A stretch of 64,000 bases of DNA, taken from contig JACRGR010000010.1 in NCBI GenBank assembly GCA_016212275.1, positions 5,593-69,592 of the forward strand, read 5' to 3'. The notes under the pieces were generated by a model. It was not told the DNA's origin. It worked only from the letters and a program-made list of their open reading frames with translations, and searched no databases. The stretch comes from Nitrospinota bacterium (GTDB taxonomy: Bacteria > Nitrospinota_A > UBA7883 > JACRGQ01). Within the stretch, counting starts at the first letter, position 1; each line of letters opens with the position of its first letter. Both the position numbers and the translations under genes were made by a program. Positions 1 through 8,290 of this stretch are shown piece by piece.

Positions 1-1625
1 ACCACACTGCCGCCGCGGGCCTTTATTTCTTCAATGGAACTCATGGTCATCTTGTACAGTTCGTGTTCCTTTTCAGTGGGAACGAACACCAGGCATTTCA
101 GTTTTTCGTCGATAAGCGCGATGGTCCCGTGTTTTAAAAAGCCGGCGGGCATCCCCTCCGTGTGGAGATAGGCAACCTCCTTGACCTTGAGCGCCGCCTC
201 CAGCGCGATCGGGTAGTATTTGCCACGCCCCAAATACAGCCAGTTGTGGTGATGGGCCTGGCGCTTGGCGAGGTTGTGCACGAAGGCCGAATGCTCGTTG
301 AGGAAATCGGAGATGAGACCCGGTAGCGTTTCCAGTTGTTTCAGCTTCGCTTTCCTGTCGGCCGGGGTGAGTTTGCCGGTGATGATGCCCGCCTCGATGG
401 CGGTGCGGATGAGGATGACCATCTGGGCAAGCGCCGCCTTGGTGCTTATGACGCAAATCTCCGGCCCCGAACCCTGCATGACGGTGGTATCCACCAAGCG
501 CGCCATCGTGGAGCCGATCACGTTTACGATGGCCGCCGTTTTCGCTTTCCGGTTTTTCGCCTCGCGCAGGACGCGCAGGGTGTCGTAGGTCTCGCCCGAT
601 TGGGAAACGGCGAGCACAAAGTCCCCTTCACCCGCCGGGGTGCTTTCCAGGAACTCGTCGGAACTTATGGCGGGGATGCTTAGTCCCGCTTCCGACGCCA
701 GATAATACTGGCCGATCTGCGCCGCGTAGAAAGTGGTGCCGACCCCGGTGAGAAATGCCCGCCGGGAATCCACCAGTCCCCGCGCCAGGGAGATAATGGC
801 CTCCTGGCTGATCGCCAGCGCCTTATTCACCGTTTCCGGCTGTTCGTATATCTCCTTGAGCATATAATGGGGGAAGCCGCCCTTTTTGGACATTTCGGCG
901 TCCCACTCTATTTGCATTACTTTCTTGAGCACGGGACTTCCGTCCCCGATCCGTTTGATGGCGTATCCTTCGTTGCTGATGATCGCATACTCGCCGTCGT
1001 CCATCACCACCGCGTCCTTGGTGTATTCGATGAAAGCGTTGAAATCCGAGCCGAGGTAATTTTCATTGTTCCCCAGGCCGATGATGAGCGGGCTTTCGTG
1101 CTTTGCGCAGAAGATGCGGCCGGGTTCCTCGTATGCCACCATCGCCACGGCGAACGAACCCTCCAGTTCCTTGAGCGCGGCGGAAAAGGCGCTTTCCAGC
1201 GGCATCCCGCCCTTCCGGTATTCCTCTATGAGGTGGGGGATCACTTCCGAATCGGTTTCGGAAATGAAGTGGTGCCGCTTTTTTATCAGCGTTTGTTTCA
1301 GGTCCAGATAGTTTGAAATGATGCCGTTATGCACCACCGCGATGCTCCCGTCGCAATTGGCGTGCGGGTGCGCGTTGGCCGGGGTCACACCGCCGTGGGT
1401 CGCCCACCGGGTATGGGCGATTCCCACATACCCGTCCATCGACAGGAAGAGTTCCTTTTCGGCCACGTCCGCCACATGGCCGATATTCTTCCGTATCACC
1501 GGCCCGTGCGAATTGATGATGGCCATGCCGCAGGAATCATAGCCCCGGTACTCCAGGTTCTGGATGCTGTTAAGCAGTTTTTTGGTGATCGTATTGCTGG
1601 AAATGATCCCGCTAATGCCGCACAT
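1..1625 (-). CDS. glmS: Glutamine--fructose-6-phosphate aminotransferase (GlmS), partial; C-terminus lies beyond the left window edge
   Basis: Absent from the supplied ORF track because it runs off the edge. Manual minus-strand translation from the ATG at 1625 gives MCGISGIISSNTITKKLLNSIQNLEYRGYDSCGMAI...GIAHTRWATHG...VVHNGIISN, followed by SIS-domain strings (VSQSGETYDTL, GSGPEICVISTKA). It has the canonical Met-Cys N-terminal nucleophile. The start lies 3 nt after the stop of the upstream gene. Confidence 0.85.
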   Translation of the reverse strand, partial: MCGISGIISSNTITKKLLNSIQNLEYRGYDSCGMAIINSHGPVIRKNIGHVADVAEKELFLSMDGYVGIAHTRWATHGGVTPANAHPHANCDGSIAVVHNGIISNYLDLKQTLIKKRHHFISETDSEVIPHLIEEYRKGGMPLESAFSAALKELEGSFAVAMVAYEEPGRIFCAKHESPLIIGLGNNENYLGSDFNAFIEYTKDAVVMDDGEYAIISNEGYAIKRIGDGSPVLKKVMQIEWDAEMSKKGGFPHYMLKEIYEQPETVNKALAISQEAIISLARGLVDSRRAFLTGVGTTFYAAQIGQYYLASEAGLSIPAISSDEFLESTPAGEGDFVLAVSQSGETYDTLRVLREAKNRKAKTAAIVNVIGSTMARLVDTTVMQGSGPEICVISTKAALAQMVILIRTAIEAGIITGKLTPADRKAKLKQLETLPGLISDFLNEHSAFVHNLAKRQAHHHNWLYLGRGKYYPIALEAALKVKEVAYLHTEGMPAGFLKHGTIALIDEKLKCLVFVPTEKEHELYKMTMSSIEEIKARGGSV

Positions 1626-1628
1626 GGT

Positions 1629-2837
1629 TTACCTGCCGTTCTTCGGGAAGGTGAGGTTGTGCGGCACCGTCCGTCCCGCTTCCACCACCGAACCGGGGGC
1701 GATGGTGTGGCCGCTTCCCAGCGCGGCGCCGTCGCCGATGAACGCCCCCAGTTTCCCCATGTTGGAATCCACCAGCCGCCGGTTTATCCGCACCTTGACG
1801 GTTGATTCGTCCATGTGCCTGTTAATGGTCATGGTGCCGGAGCCGATGCTGACGCCCTCCCCTATGACGCTGTCGCCGATGAAGGAAAGGCGTCCGACGG
1901 TGGAGCGCCCGAACAAAACGCAGTTCTTCAGTTCAACTCCGAACCCCACCACCGATTCCGCGCCCAGCGAAGAGTATTGGCGGATGAGGACGTTGTTGCC
2001 GATGTAGCTTCCCCGTCCGATGAACGCCGGCCCCTGTATGACCGCGCCGGAGCGTATCTCCACGTCCTCTTCGATGTGCACCGGCCCCTTAATCTTGGCA
2101 TCCCGCATTTTCACCGATTCATGCACATTGGCGGAGTGCCAACTGTCCATGATCATTTTATTCGCGGCGAGTATGTCCCAGGGACAGGCGATGTCCAGCC
2201 AGCCCTTTTCCCAAATAGTGGCCTTCAGCCCTTCCGCTTTGATGAGCGTGGTGAGCGATTTTGCCATGTCGCCGCCGTTTTTCTCCAGGATGCCGAAGAA
2301 GGAGTAGGGAAGGATGTACATTCCAGCCAGTACATAGTTCCCCAGGTCCTTTCGTCCCGGCTTCTCCACGATTTTCGTGATGTTCATGGCGGTGTCCAGA
2401 TACACGTTGCCGAATGCCGCCGACTCCTTCGTCAGGCAGATGCTGGCCACCGGTTGCCCGGTGAGGCCGAAGACCTGCTGGATGTTCGCGGCCATGTTCT
2501 CGTCGGTCAGCACGTCGGAATAAACGAGCAGGAAATGCTCCCCCGGAACGAAACGGCTTTTCGCGGTCAGGATGGCGTCGCCGATCCCGCTGGTTTTTTT
2601 TTGCTGGAGGTAGGTTATGGAAAGGTTCATGGACTGGCCGGATCCGAAATAGTCCGTGACCGCCTTGCCGTTTTGACCGGTGACGAGGTACACCTCGCTG
2701 AAGCCCGATTCCCGGAGGGTGGAGAGTGCGCGGTACAGCACCGGCCTTCCGGCCACATGGACCATCGGTTTTGGCCGGGTGACGGAAAACGGGGCCATGT
2801 TCGTGCCGCCTCCGGCGGCGAGTATCAACGCTTTCAT
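1629..2837 (-). CDS. Sugar-1-phosphate nucleotidylyltransferase domain fused to a left-handed beta-helix acyltransferase domain (archaeal ST0452/GlmU-like architecture)
   Basis: 402 aa. The N-terminus MKALILAAGGGTNMAPFSVTRPKPM is a nucleotidyltransferase fold. The C-terminal hexapeptide repeats (IGRGSYIGNNVLI, IGDSVIGEGVSIGSG, IGDGAALGSG) are typical of LbH acetyltransferases. Confidence 0.7.
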   Translation of the reverse strand: MKALILAAGGGTNMAPFSVTRPKPMVHVAGRPVLYRALSTLRESGFSEVYLVTGQNGKAVTDYFGSGQSMNLSITYLQQKKTSGIGDAILTAKSRFVPGEHFLLVYSDVLTDENMAANIQQVFGLTGQPVASICLTKESAAFGNVYLDTAMNITKIVEKPGRKDLGNYVLAGMYILPYSFFGILEKNGGDMAKSLTTLIKAEGLKATIWEKGWLDIACPWDILAANKMIMDSWHSANVHESVKMRDAKIKGPVHIEEDVEIRSGAVIQGPAFIGRGSYIGNNVLIRQYSSLGAESVVGFGVELKNCVLFGRSTVGRLSFIGDSVIGEGVSIGSGTMTINRHMDESTVKVRINRRLVDSNMGKLGAFIGDGAALGSGHTIAPGSVVEAGRTVPHNLTFPKNGR

Positions 2838-2844
2838 ATTCCTC

Positions 2845-4665
2845 CTACACCGTCACGCTTTTTGCCACGTTGCGCGGACGGTCCACGTCTTTCTTGTTGT
2901 ACAAGGCCACATAATAGATGAAAAGCTGGGCCGGAACAATCGCCAGCAGGGGCGCCAACGCATCCGGGGCGGGCGGGACGGCGATATGTTCATCGCAATG
3001 GTTGCGCATTTCGGGGAAAGCCGAGGCGCCGGTGGCGATGAGGGTGGCGCCGCGGGCCCGCAGTTCGTCCATGTCATTCAGGATCTCGTGGGCGGGGGTT
3101 TCCTGGTTCGCCAGGTACATCACCGGGGTGTCCTTTTCCACCAGGCTTATAGGCCCGTGTTTGATCTCTCCTCCCACCAATCCCTCCGCGTGGATGTTCG
3201 CCACCTCTTTCATCATCAGGGCCGCGTAGAGGGCGGCGGGGTACTGAAGGCCGCGGCCCACGAAAAAGAAGGAACGGTGGTGCGCGAACTTTTCCGCCAG
3301 CCGCCGCAGGGTGGTTTCATAAGTGACCATCTGTTCCATCTGGCCGGGGAGGGCGTGGAGGGCGTTGAGGAGCTTTTCCTGTTCCTCCGGCGGAATGGTC
3401 TTCCTGCCCCTTCCCAGATGGAGTGTCAGCAGTACCATGGCCACCACCATCGTGGTGAAGGTCTTGCTGGAGGCGATGGATATTTCCGGGCCGGAGCGTG
3501 TGACGAACACGTCGTGCGCCATGCGCGCCAAAGTGCTGGATGCGTTGTTGGTGACCGCAAACAGGCGCGCCCCTTTCTGGAGCGCGATCCGGGCCGATTC
3601 CAATGTGTCGCGCGTTTCGCCGGACTGTGAGGCGGCAACGTAGAGGGTGTTGTTCTCGATGATGCGCTGGGCAAAATGGTGTTCTGAAGCGATGACGCGC
3701 GAGGCGGGGATCCCCGCGACCGATTCGCAGACCCATTGTCCCAACATCGCCGCGAAGTACGAGGAACCGCTTCCGGAAAAGATGACCTTTTTCACCTTTT
3801 CCAGGCCTGCGCAGGGAAACGAGAATTGTTCGGGCAGGAACCGCTCGCTTTTGGGCGGGAAACAGGCGGCGATGGTTTCCCGCGCCGCACGCGGGGATTC
3901 CACAATTTCCTTCAGTAAAAAGTGCCGGTAGCCGCGCTTTTCCGCCATCACGGGGTTCCACGCGATCTTCTGGGGCGTGTGCTCCACCGGCCTGCCCTGG
4001 AAATCCATGAACTGCGCCCCCTCGCGCGAAAGGAGCGCCACTTCGCCATCGCGCAAGAAAACCATCCGGTCGGTGTACGGCGCGATGGCGGTGGCATCCG
4101 ACGCGGCGAGGTATTCCCCCTCGCCCAGGCCGATCACCATCGGGTTTCCTTTGCAGACCACCACCAGCTGGTCGGGGTCGCGCCCCGAAACGGCGCAAAA
4201 GGTAAGCCCCCCCTCCACTTTTTTCAGAGCCGCCAACACCGATTCGAGAAGCGTGCCTTTCCAATGCAGGTTGATGAGGTGCGGGAGTATCTCGGTATCC
4301 GTCTCGGATTTGAAGCGCGCGCCTTTTTTCACCAGCGACTCCTTGAGCGCCACCGCGTTGTCTATGATGCCATTGTGCGCCACCGCGGTGGTATCGGCCA
4401 CCAGCGGGTGCGCGTTGCGGATGGACGGCTTGCCGTGCGAGGCCCAGCGGGTGTGGCCGATGCCCAGGTTGCCGGCTATCGGGCGGCCCCGCAGTTTTTC
4501 CACCAACCCGGCGGGCCGGCCCAACGTGCGGTGCAGGCGCACCCCGCCGCCGCTGATGATGGCGATGCCGGAAGAATCGTACCCGCGGTATTCCAGCCGG
4601 GCCAGCGCATCGAGGATGATCTCCTTCGCGTTGCGGTGGCCGATGTATCCCGCTATGCCGGACAC
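2845..4665 (-). CDS. GlmS paralogue (full-length glutaminase plus two SIS domains) with Ser instead of Cys after the initiator
   Basis: 606 aa: MSGIAGYIGHRNAKEIILDALARLEYRGYDSSGIAI...HTRWASHG...AHNGIIDN...ASQSGETRDT. The GTG start at 4665 directly abuts the TAA stop of the upstream gene. Codon 2 is TCC (4660-4662). Confidence 0.85.
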   Translation of the reverse strand: MSGIAGYIGHRNAKEIILDALARLEYRGYDSSGIAIISGGGVRLHRTLGRPAGLVEKLRGRPIAGNLGIGHTRWASHGKPSIRNAHPLVADTTAVAHNGIIDNAVALKESLVKKGARFKSETDTEILPHLINLHWKGTLLESVLAALKKVEGGLTFCAVSGRDPDQLVVVCKGNPMVIGLGEGEYLAASDATAIAPYTDRMVFLRDGEVALLSREGAQFMDFQGRPVEHTPQKIAWNPVMAEKRGYRHFLLKEIVESPRAARETIAACFPPKSERFLPEQFSFPCAGLEKVKKVIFSGSGSSYFAAMLGQWVCESVAGIPASRVIASEHHFAQRIIENNTLYVAASQSGETRDTLESARIALQKGARLFAVTNNASSTLARMAHDVFVTRSGPEISIASSKTFTTMVVAMVLLTLHLGRGRKTIPPEEQEKLLNALHALPGQMEQMVTYETTLRRLAEKFAHHRSFFFVGRGLQYPAALYAALMMKEVANIHAEGLVGGEIKHGPISLVEKDTPVMYLANQETPAHEILNDMDELRARGATLIATGASAFPEMRNHCDEHIAVPPAPDALAPLLAIVPAQLFIYYVALYNKKDVDRPRNVAKSVTV

Positions 4666-5427
4666 TTAACGGTCTCCCGCCACGGCGTGGCGATTCAACG
4701 CTTCCAGTTCTTCCGGCCGGTTCACGCCGAGGATCTGCCGGGAATCGTCCAGCTTCAGCGCCGCCACTTTCCGCCCTTCCGCCAGCGCTATTTTCACCAC
4801 GTCGGTAAGGTAGTATTCCTTTTGGTCGTTGTCGGCGGAGACCTTTTTCAGCGCGGCGAACAGATAGCCGCTGTCGAACGCATAGATGCCGCCGTTTATT
4901 TCCTTAATTAATTTTTGATCGGGCGTGGCGTCGCGTTCTTCAACGATGGCGGCCACTTTGCCATTTCCGCCGCGCAAAACGCGCCCGTACCCCGAGGGAT
5001 TCTCAACCTCCGTGGAAAGAAACGCCACGGGCGAGACCTCCCCGCGGGCCAGGGCGATAAGGGCCGCGATGGTTTCCGCCCGCACCAGCGGCACGTCGCC
5101 CGATAGCACCACCACCGTGCCCGCGAACCCGACAAGAGCGGTGTTTGCCTGCATTACAGCGTGGGCGGTGCCCAACTGCTCAGTTTGTTCCGCGAAGTGC
5201 GCTTCTTCCCCGGCCAGCGCCTGTTTGACCATCTCTCCTTTGTATCCCACTACCACCACGATGCGCTCCGGATTCAGCCGCTTGGCGGTGTGGACGACGT
5301 GGGACACCAATGGACGGCCTGCAAGCGGGTGGAGCACCTTCGGGATGTCCGAATTCATCCGGGTTCCTTTTCCGGCGGCAAGGATCACCACCGCCGTTCG
5401 CGCCCCGGTTTCTATTTCTTTTGTCAT
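4666..5427 (-). CDS. GlmU-like N-acetylglucosamine-1-phosphate uridyltransferase domain protein lacking the acetyltransferase (LbH) domain
   Basis: 253 aa: AVVILAAGKGTRMNSDIPKVLHPLAGRPLVSHVV...EQLGTAHAV. It carries the canonical G-x-G-T-R signature. The protein ends after the linker helix and has no hexapeptide repeats. Confidence 0.7.
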   Translation of the reverse strand: MTKEIETGARTAVVILAAGKGTRMNSDIPKVLHPLAGRPLVSHVVHTAKRLNPERIVVVVGYKGEMVKQALAGEEAHFAEQTEQLGTAHAVMQANTALVGFAGTVVVLSGDVPLVRAETIAALIALARGEVSPVAFLSTEVENPSGYGRVLRGGNGKVAAIVEERDATPDQKLIKEINGGIYAFDSGYLFAALKKVSADNDQKEYYLTDVVKIALAEGRKVAALKLDDSRQILGVNRPEELEALNRHAVAGDR

Positions 5428-5517
5428 GGCAGGGGTATTTTACCCTGAATGGGGCAATGGGAAAGCCGCAAAGGCGGTCGGATGGCGATGCCCGCCCGGA
5501 CAAGCTATTATTCCCCG

Positions 5518-6228
5518 ATGGAAACACCGCTGTTCAAAGACCCCGATTTCCGGCGTGGCTTCCGGGCGGGACTCGGCGCGGGTATAACTTTCATGGTTAT
5601 ATTCTTCGGGTTCGGCGTGTATGCGATGGACCGTGGTTTCCCGCCGCTTCTTATCCCGCTTTTCACCGCGCTGGTCTTCGCGGCTCCCGCGCAGTACGCG
5701 GTGGTGGATATGGCGGGTTCCGCCGCCGCGCTGTGGCAGTTCATCGCCGTGGGGTCGCTGGTGAACCTGCGGTTTTTCGTGTGGGGGTTGGCCATGTCGC
5801 ATTTCGTCCGGCATGTGCCGCCGCGGCGAATGCTCCCGTGGGCGCAGTTCGTGGCGGCCAGCACGTTTTTGCTCCCGCTGTTCGACAAGCGGAAAAACCC
5901 CTCCGCCGATTTTTTCTCGTATTACCGCGGGGTGGTATGCGCTTCGGTGCCGATGACGCTCGTGGGCACCGTGTTGGGGATGGCCGCGCACGGTGGCCTG
6001 CCGCCGGTGATTGCGTATGTCTCCACCTTGGTATTTCCGGTATTTTTCTGCGTTTTGCTGGTGGGAGACCTGAAGAAAAAGATAGAGGGGTTCACCGTTC
6101 TATGCGCGTTCGCCCTGGCCCCGTTTGCCGAGGTCGCCTTGCCGGGATGGGGGATACTGATGGCCGCCTTCCTTTCCGCCACCCTTTCATTGGGGGCGCA
6201 TATATGGATGCGGCGCACTGGCTGGTAG
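5518..6228 (+). CDS. azlC: AzlC family branched-chain amino acid exporter subunit
   Basis: The ORF opens at 5449; I prefer the ATG at 5518 (METPLFKDPDFRRGF...). It is polytopic, with an AzlC-like FTALVFAAPAQYAVVDM segment. The start is uncertain. Confidence 0.7.
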   Translation: METPLFKDPDFRRGFRAGLGAGITFMVIFFGFGVYAMDRGFPPLLIPLFTALVFAAPAQYAVVDMAGSAAALWQFIAVGSLVNLRFFVWGLAMSHFVRHVPPRRMLPWAQFVAASTFLLPLFDKRKNPSADFFSYYRGVVCASVPMTLVGTVLGMAAHGGLPPVIAYVSTLVFPVFFCVLLVGDLKKKIEGFTVLCAFALAPFAEVALPGWGILMAAFLSATLSLGAHIWMRRTGW

Positions 6229-6530
6229 TGGTGCTGGGCGTGGCGGCGGGGTCGTACCTGTTCCGCGCGGCTCCGTTCGTCATCGGCGCGCGGATGAAGT
6301 TCCACCCCTACTTCCTCGAATGGCTCGTGCTGATGGCTTTGGCGCTCATCGCCGCGCTGGTGGCAAAGGCGTTCTTCGTGAGCGGGGGCAAACTCTCGTT
6401 TGCCAACGCCCCGGCGCAATTGGCCTCGGTGGGGGTGGCTTGCGCCCTACAGCTCAAATTCCGCCAGATGCTCCTGTCGCTCGCGGGCGGCCTGATGGTG
6501 GCGTTTCTGCTCCGGCTGGTCATACAATGA
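6204..6530 (+). CDS. azlD: AzlD family small membrane protein
   Basis: The last 108 aa of the 5310..6530 ORF (MDAAHWLVVVLGVAAGSYLFRAAPFVIG...) form a 3-4 TM protein. It overlaps the azlC stop, which is the classic azlCD arrangement. Confidence 0.7.
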   Translation: MDAAHWLVVVLGVAAGSYLFRAAPFVIGARMKFHPYFLEWLVLMALALIAALVAKAFFVSGGKLSFANAPAQLASVGVACALQLKFRQMLLSLAGGLMVAFLLRLVIQ

Positions 6531-6534
6531 ACAG

Positions 6535-7575
6535 ATGAACACCGGGGCGGTATATTCCCTGCTTTCAGCGGCGCTTTTCGGGGTGTCGCCCGTTCTTGCC
6601 AAGCTGTGGATCGGCGACATGTCTCCCCTTTTGCTGGCGGGACTGCTTTACCTGGGTTCCGGCGCCGCCCTTCACTTTGTCCTGCTTGCGAAGAAACAAA
6701 GCCTCCTCGCCGAACTAAAAGCTCTTTCAAAGAACCACCGCTTCAAGCTCCTGGGTTCCATCGTTTCCGGCGGGATACTCGCCCCCCTTTGCCTCGCCTA
6801 CGGCATAAAATACGGCTCGGCTTTCGAGGTATCACTGCTCCTGAACCTTGAGACGGTCGCCACGACGCTGATCGCGTGGCTTGTGTTCAGGGAGCATGTG
6901 GGGGCGCGCGCGGGGGTGGGGATGGTGTTGCTTGTTCTTGGCGGGATCGTTATTTCCACCGCTCCACAAAACGGGTTCTCGTTTTCCCCGGCGGGCCTGT
7001 TTCTTTTGGGCACCTGTGTTTTCTGGGGGCTCGACAACAGCCTGACGCGCGACCTGGACGAAATTACCCCCTCGGCCCTTGGGAGCGTAAAAGGCTGGGC
7101 CGCGGGCCTCTTCAATACCGCGCTGGCATTTGTGCTGGGGCAATCTTCCGCGGGCTTATGGCAGGCGGCGGGAATGCTCGGCATCGGGGCCGTGAGTTAC
7201 GGTGTAAGCCTTGTCCTTTTCGTCAATGCCTTGCGGCTCATCGGGACATCGCGGACCGGGATGTATTTCGCCGTCGGGCCGTTCTTCGGCATGGCGTTCT
7301 CCGTGCTCCTGTTGGGTGATAGGCCCGCACTCCACCAATGGGGGGCCGCGCTTATCATGGCGGTGGGATTGTGGACGATAACCCGTGAACGCCATGCCCA
7401 CTCCCACACCCATGAACTGTTCCTCCATCGGCATCGGCATTCGTTCGACGAGCATCACCAGCACCTGCACGCGGGGACGGAGGGACCGGAACCGCACGAT
7501 CACATGCACACCCATGAACCGATGACCCATTCGCATTCGCATTGGCCGGACATCCACCACCGCCACATTCATTGA
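6535..7575 (+). CDS. EamA/DMT-family transporter with a C-terminal histidine-rich tail
   Basis: 346 aa with about 10 TM segments and two EamA-like halves. 22 of the last 64 residues are His (HAHSHTHELFLHRHRHSFDEHHQHLH...HDHMHTHEPMTHSHSHWPDIHHRHIH). Confidence 0.75.
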   Translation: MNTGAVYSLLSAALFGVSPVLAKLWIGDMSPLLLAGLLYLGSGAALHFVLLAKKQSLLAELKALSKNHRFKLLGSIVSGGILAPLCLAYGIKYGSAFEVSLLLNLETVATTLIAWLVFREHVGARAGVGMVLLVLGGIVISTAPQNGFSFSPAGLFLLGTCVFWGLDNSLTRDLDEITPSALGSVKGWAAGLFNTALAFVLGQSSAGLWQAAGMLGIGAVSYGVSLVLFVNALRLIGTSRTGMYFAVGPFFGMAFSVLLLGDRPALHQWGAALIMAVGLWTITRERHAHSHTHELFLHRHRHSFDEHHQHLHAGTEGPEPHDHMHTHEPMTHSHSHWPDIHHRHIH

Positions 7576-7623
7576 TCCCGGCGGCGGATGATTGCGGGCC
7601 GGTTTTATGGTAATATTGCGGCT

Positions 7624-8286
7624 ATGAAAAAGGTACTGATCACGCTTATTGCCGTTTGTCTTGCGGGAACCGCCTTCGCCGGGGAGCATGAAGGGCATGG
7701 GGAACACGGCAACTATCAGCACCAAGAGCCGCCGGAGATACCGTTGGGGCCGAAGGAAAAGCTGATACAGAAGTTCCGCAAACCGGACGCGAAACTCGTT
7801 AAAAAAGGGTATTTCCTGAACCAGAACGGCGAGAAGGCGACGCTGGCCGATTATCGCGGCAAGATCGTTTTGCTGGACTTCACCTACTCCGGGTGCCCGC
7901 ACGGCCTGTGCCAGTACCTCAACCAGAAGATGCAGTATGTGGCCCGCAAATATGCGGCCCGGCTGGGGATCGACATCCAGCTTGTGTCGGTGAGCTTCGA
8001 TGATACGGATAATCCCGAAAAGCTGAAGAAGTTTTCCGAACGGTTCGAAGTGACCGACGTGAAAAAGTGGGCGTACCTCGGCGGCGCGGCGGGGGACATC
8101 AAGGAAATCGCCACCGAGTATGGCGTTTCGTTTGAATGGAAACCCGGTGACGAGGCGTTCGTCCACACCGCGCGCACCGTGCTTCTGGACCGCGAGGGGA
8201 AAAAGGTGAACGCATACCGCGGCACCGATTACAAACTACAGCAGGTGACGGACGATATCGAAACCCTGTTAAAAGGGAACAAGTAG
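7624..8286 (+). CDS. SCO1/SenC family thioredoxin-fold copper chaperone (lipoprotein or secreted)
   Basis: Starts at the internal ATG with signal peptide MKKVLITLIAVCLAGTAFAG, followed by the His-rich stretch EHEGHGEHGNYQH. Contains the CxxxC motif FTYSGCPHGLC and a Sco-like C-terminal half. Confidence 0.75.
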   Translation: MKKVLITLIAVCLAGTAFAGEHEGHGEHGNYQHQEPPEIPLGPKEKLIQKFRKPDAKLVKKGYFLNQNGEKATLADYRGKIVLLDFTYSGCPHGLCQYLNQKMQYVARKYAARLGIDIQLVSVSFDDTDNPEKLKKFSERFEVTDVKKWAYLGGAAGDIKEIATEYGVSFEWKPGDEAFVHTARTVLLDREGKKVNAYRGTDYKLQQVTDDIETLLKGNK

Positions 8287-8290
8287 CGGC

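Noticed and set aside
2594-2602. A9/T9 homopolymer inside the ST0452-like gene as a slipped-strand phase-variation site. Similar runs occur at 36148..36156 and 9283..9290.
   Set aside because: The runs simply encode Lys-Lys-Lys in conserved-looking positions, and all three ORFs are intact. With only one sequence there is no evidence of length variation.
5428-5517. glmS ribozyme or another riboswitch controlling the hexosamine operon.
   Set aside because: The two glmS genes have only 0-3 nt of upstream spacer. The operon's 5' intergenic region is at most about 90 nt and shows none of the conserved glmS ribozyme core as I remember it.
5310-6203. N-terminal 298 aa of the 406-aa ORF at 5310..6530.
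   Set aside because: It overlaps azlC out of frame. Only the last 108 aa form a plausible AzlD membrane protein.
7381-7575. The His-rich tail coding region as a DNA-level tandem repeat or microsatellite.
   Set aside because: The nucleotide sequence is not a regular repeat, because CAC/CAT codons are interspersed with varied codons. The periodicity is at the protein level only.
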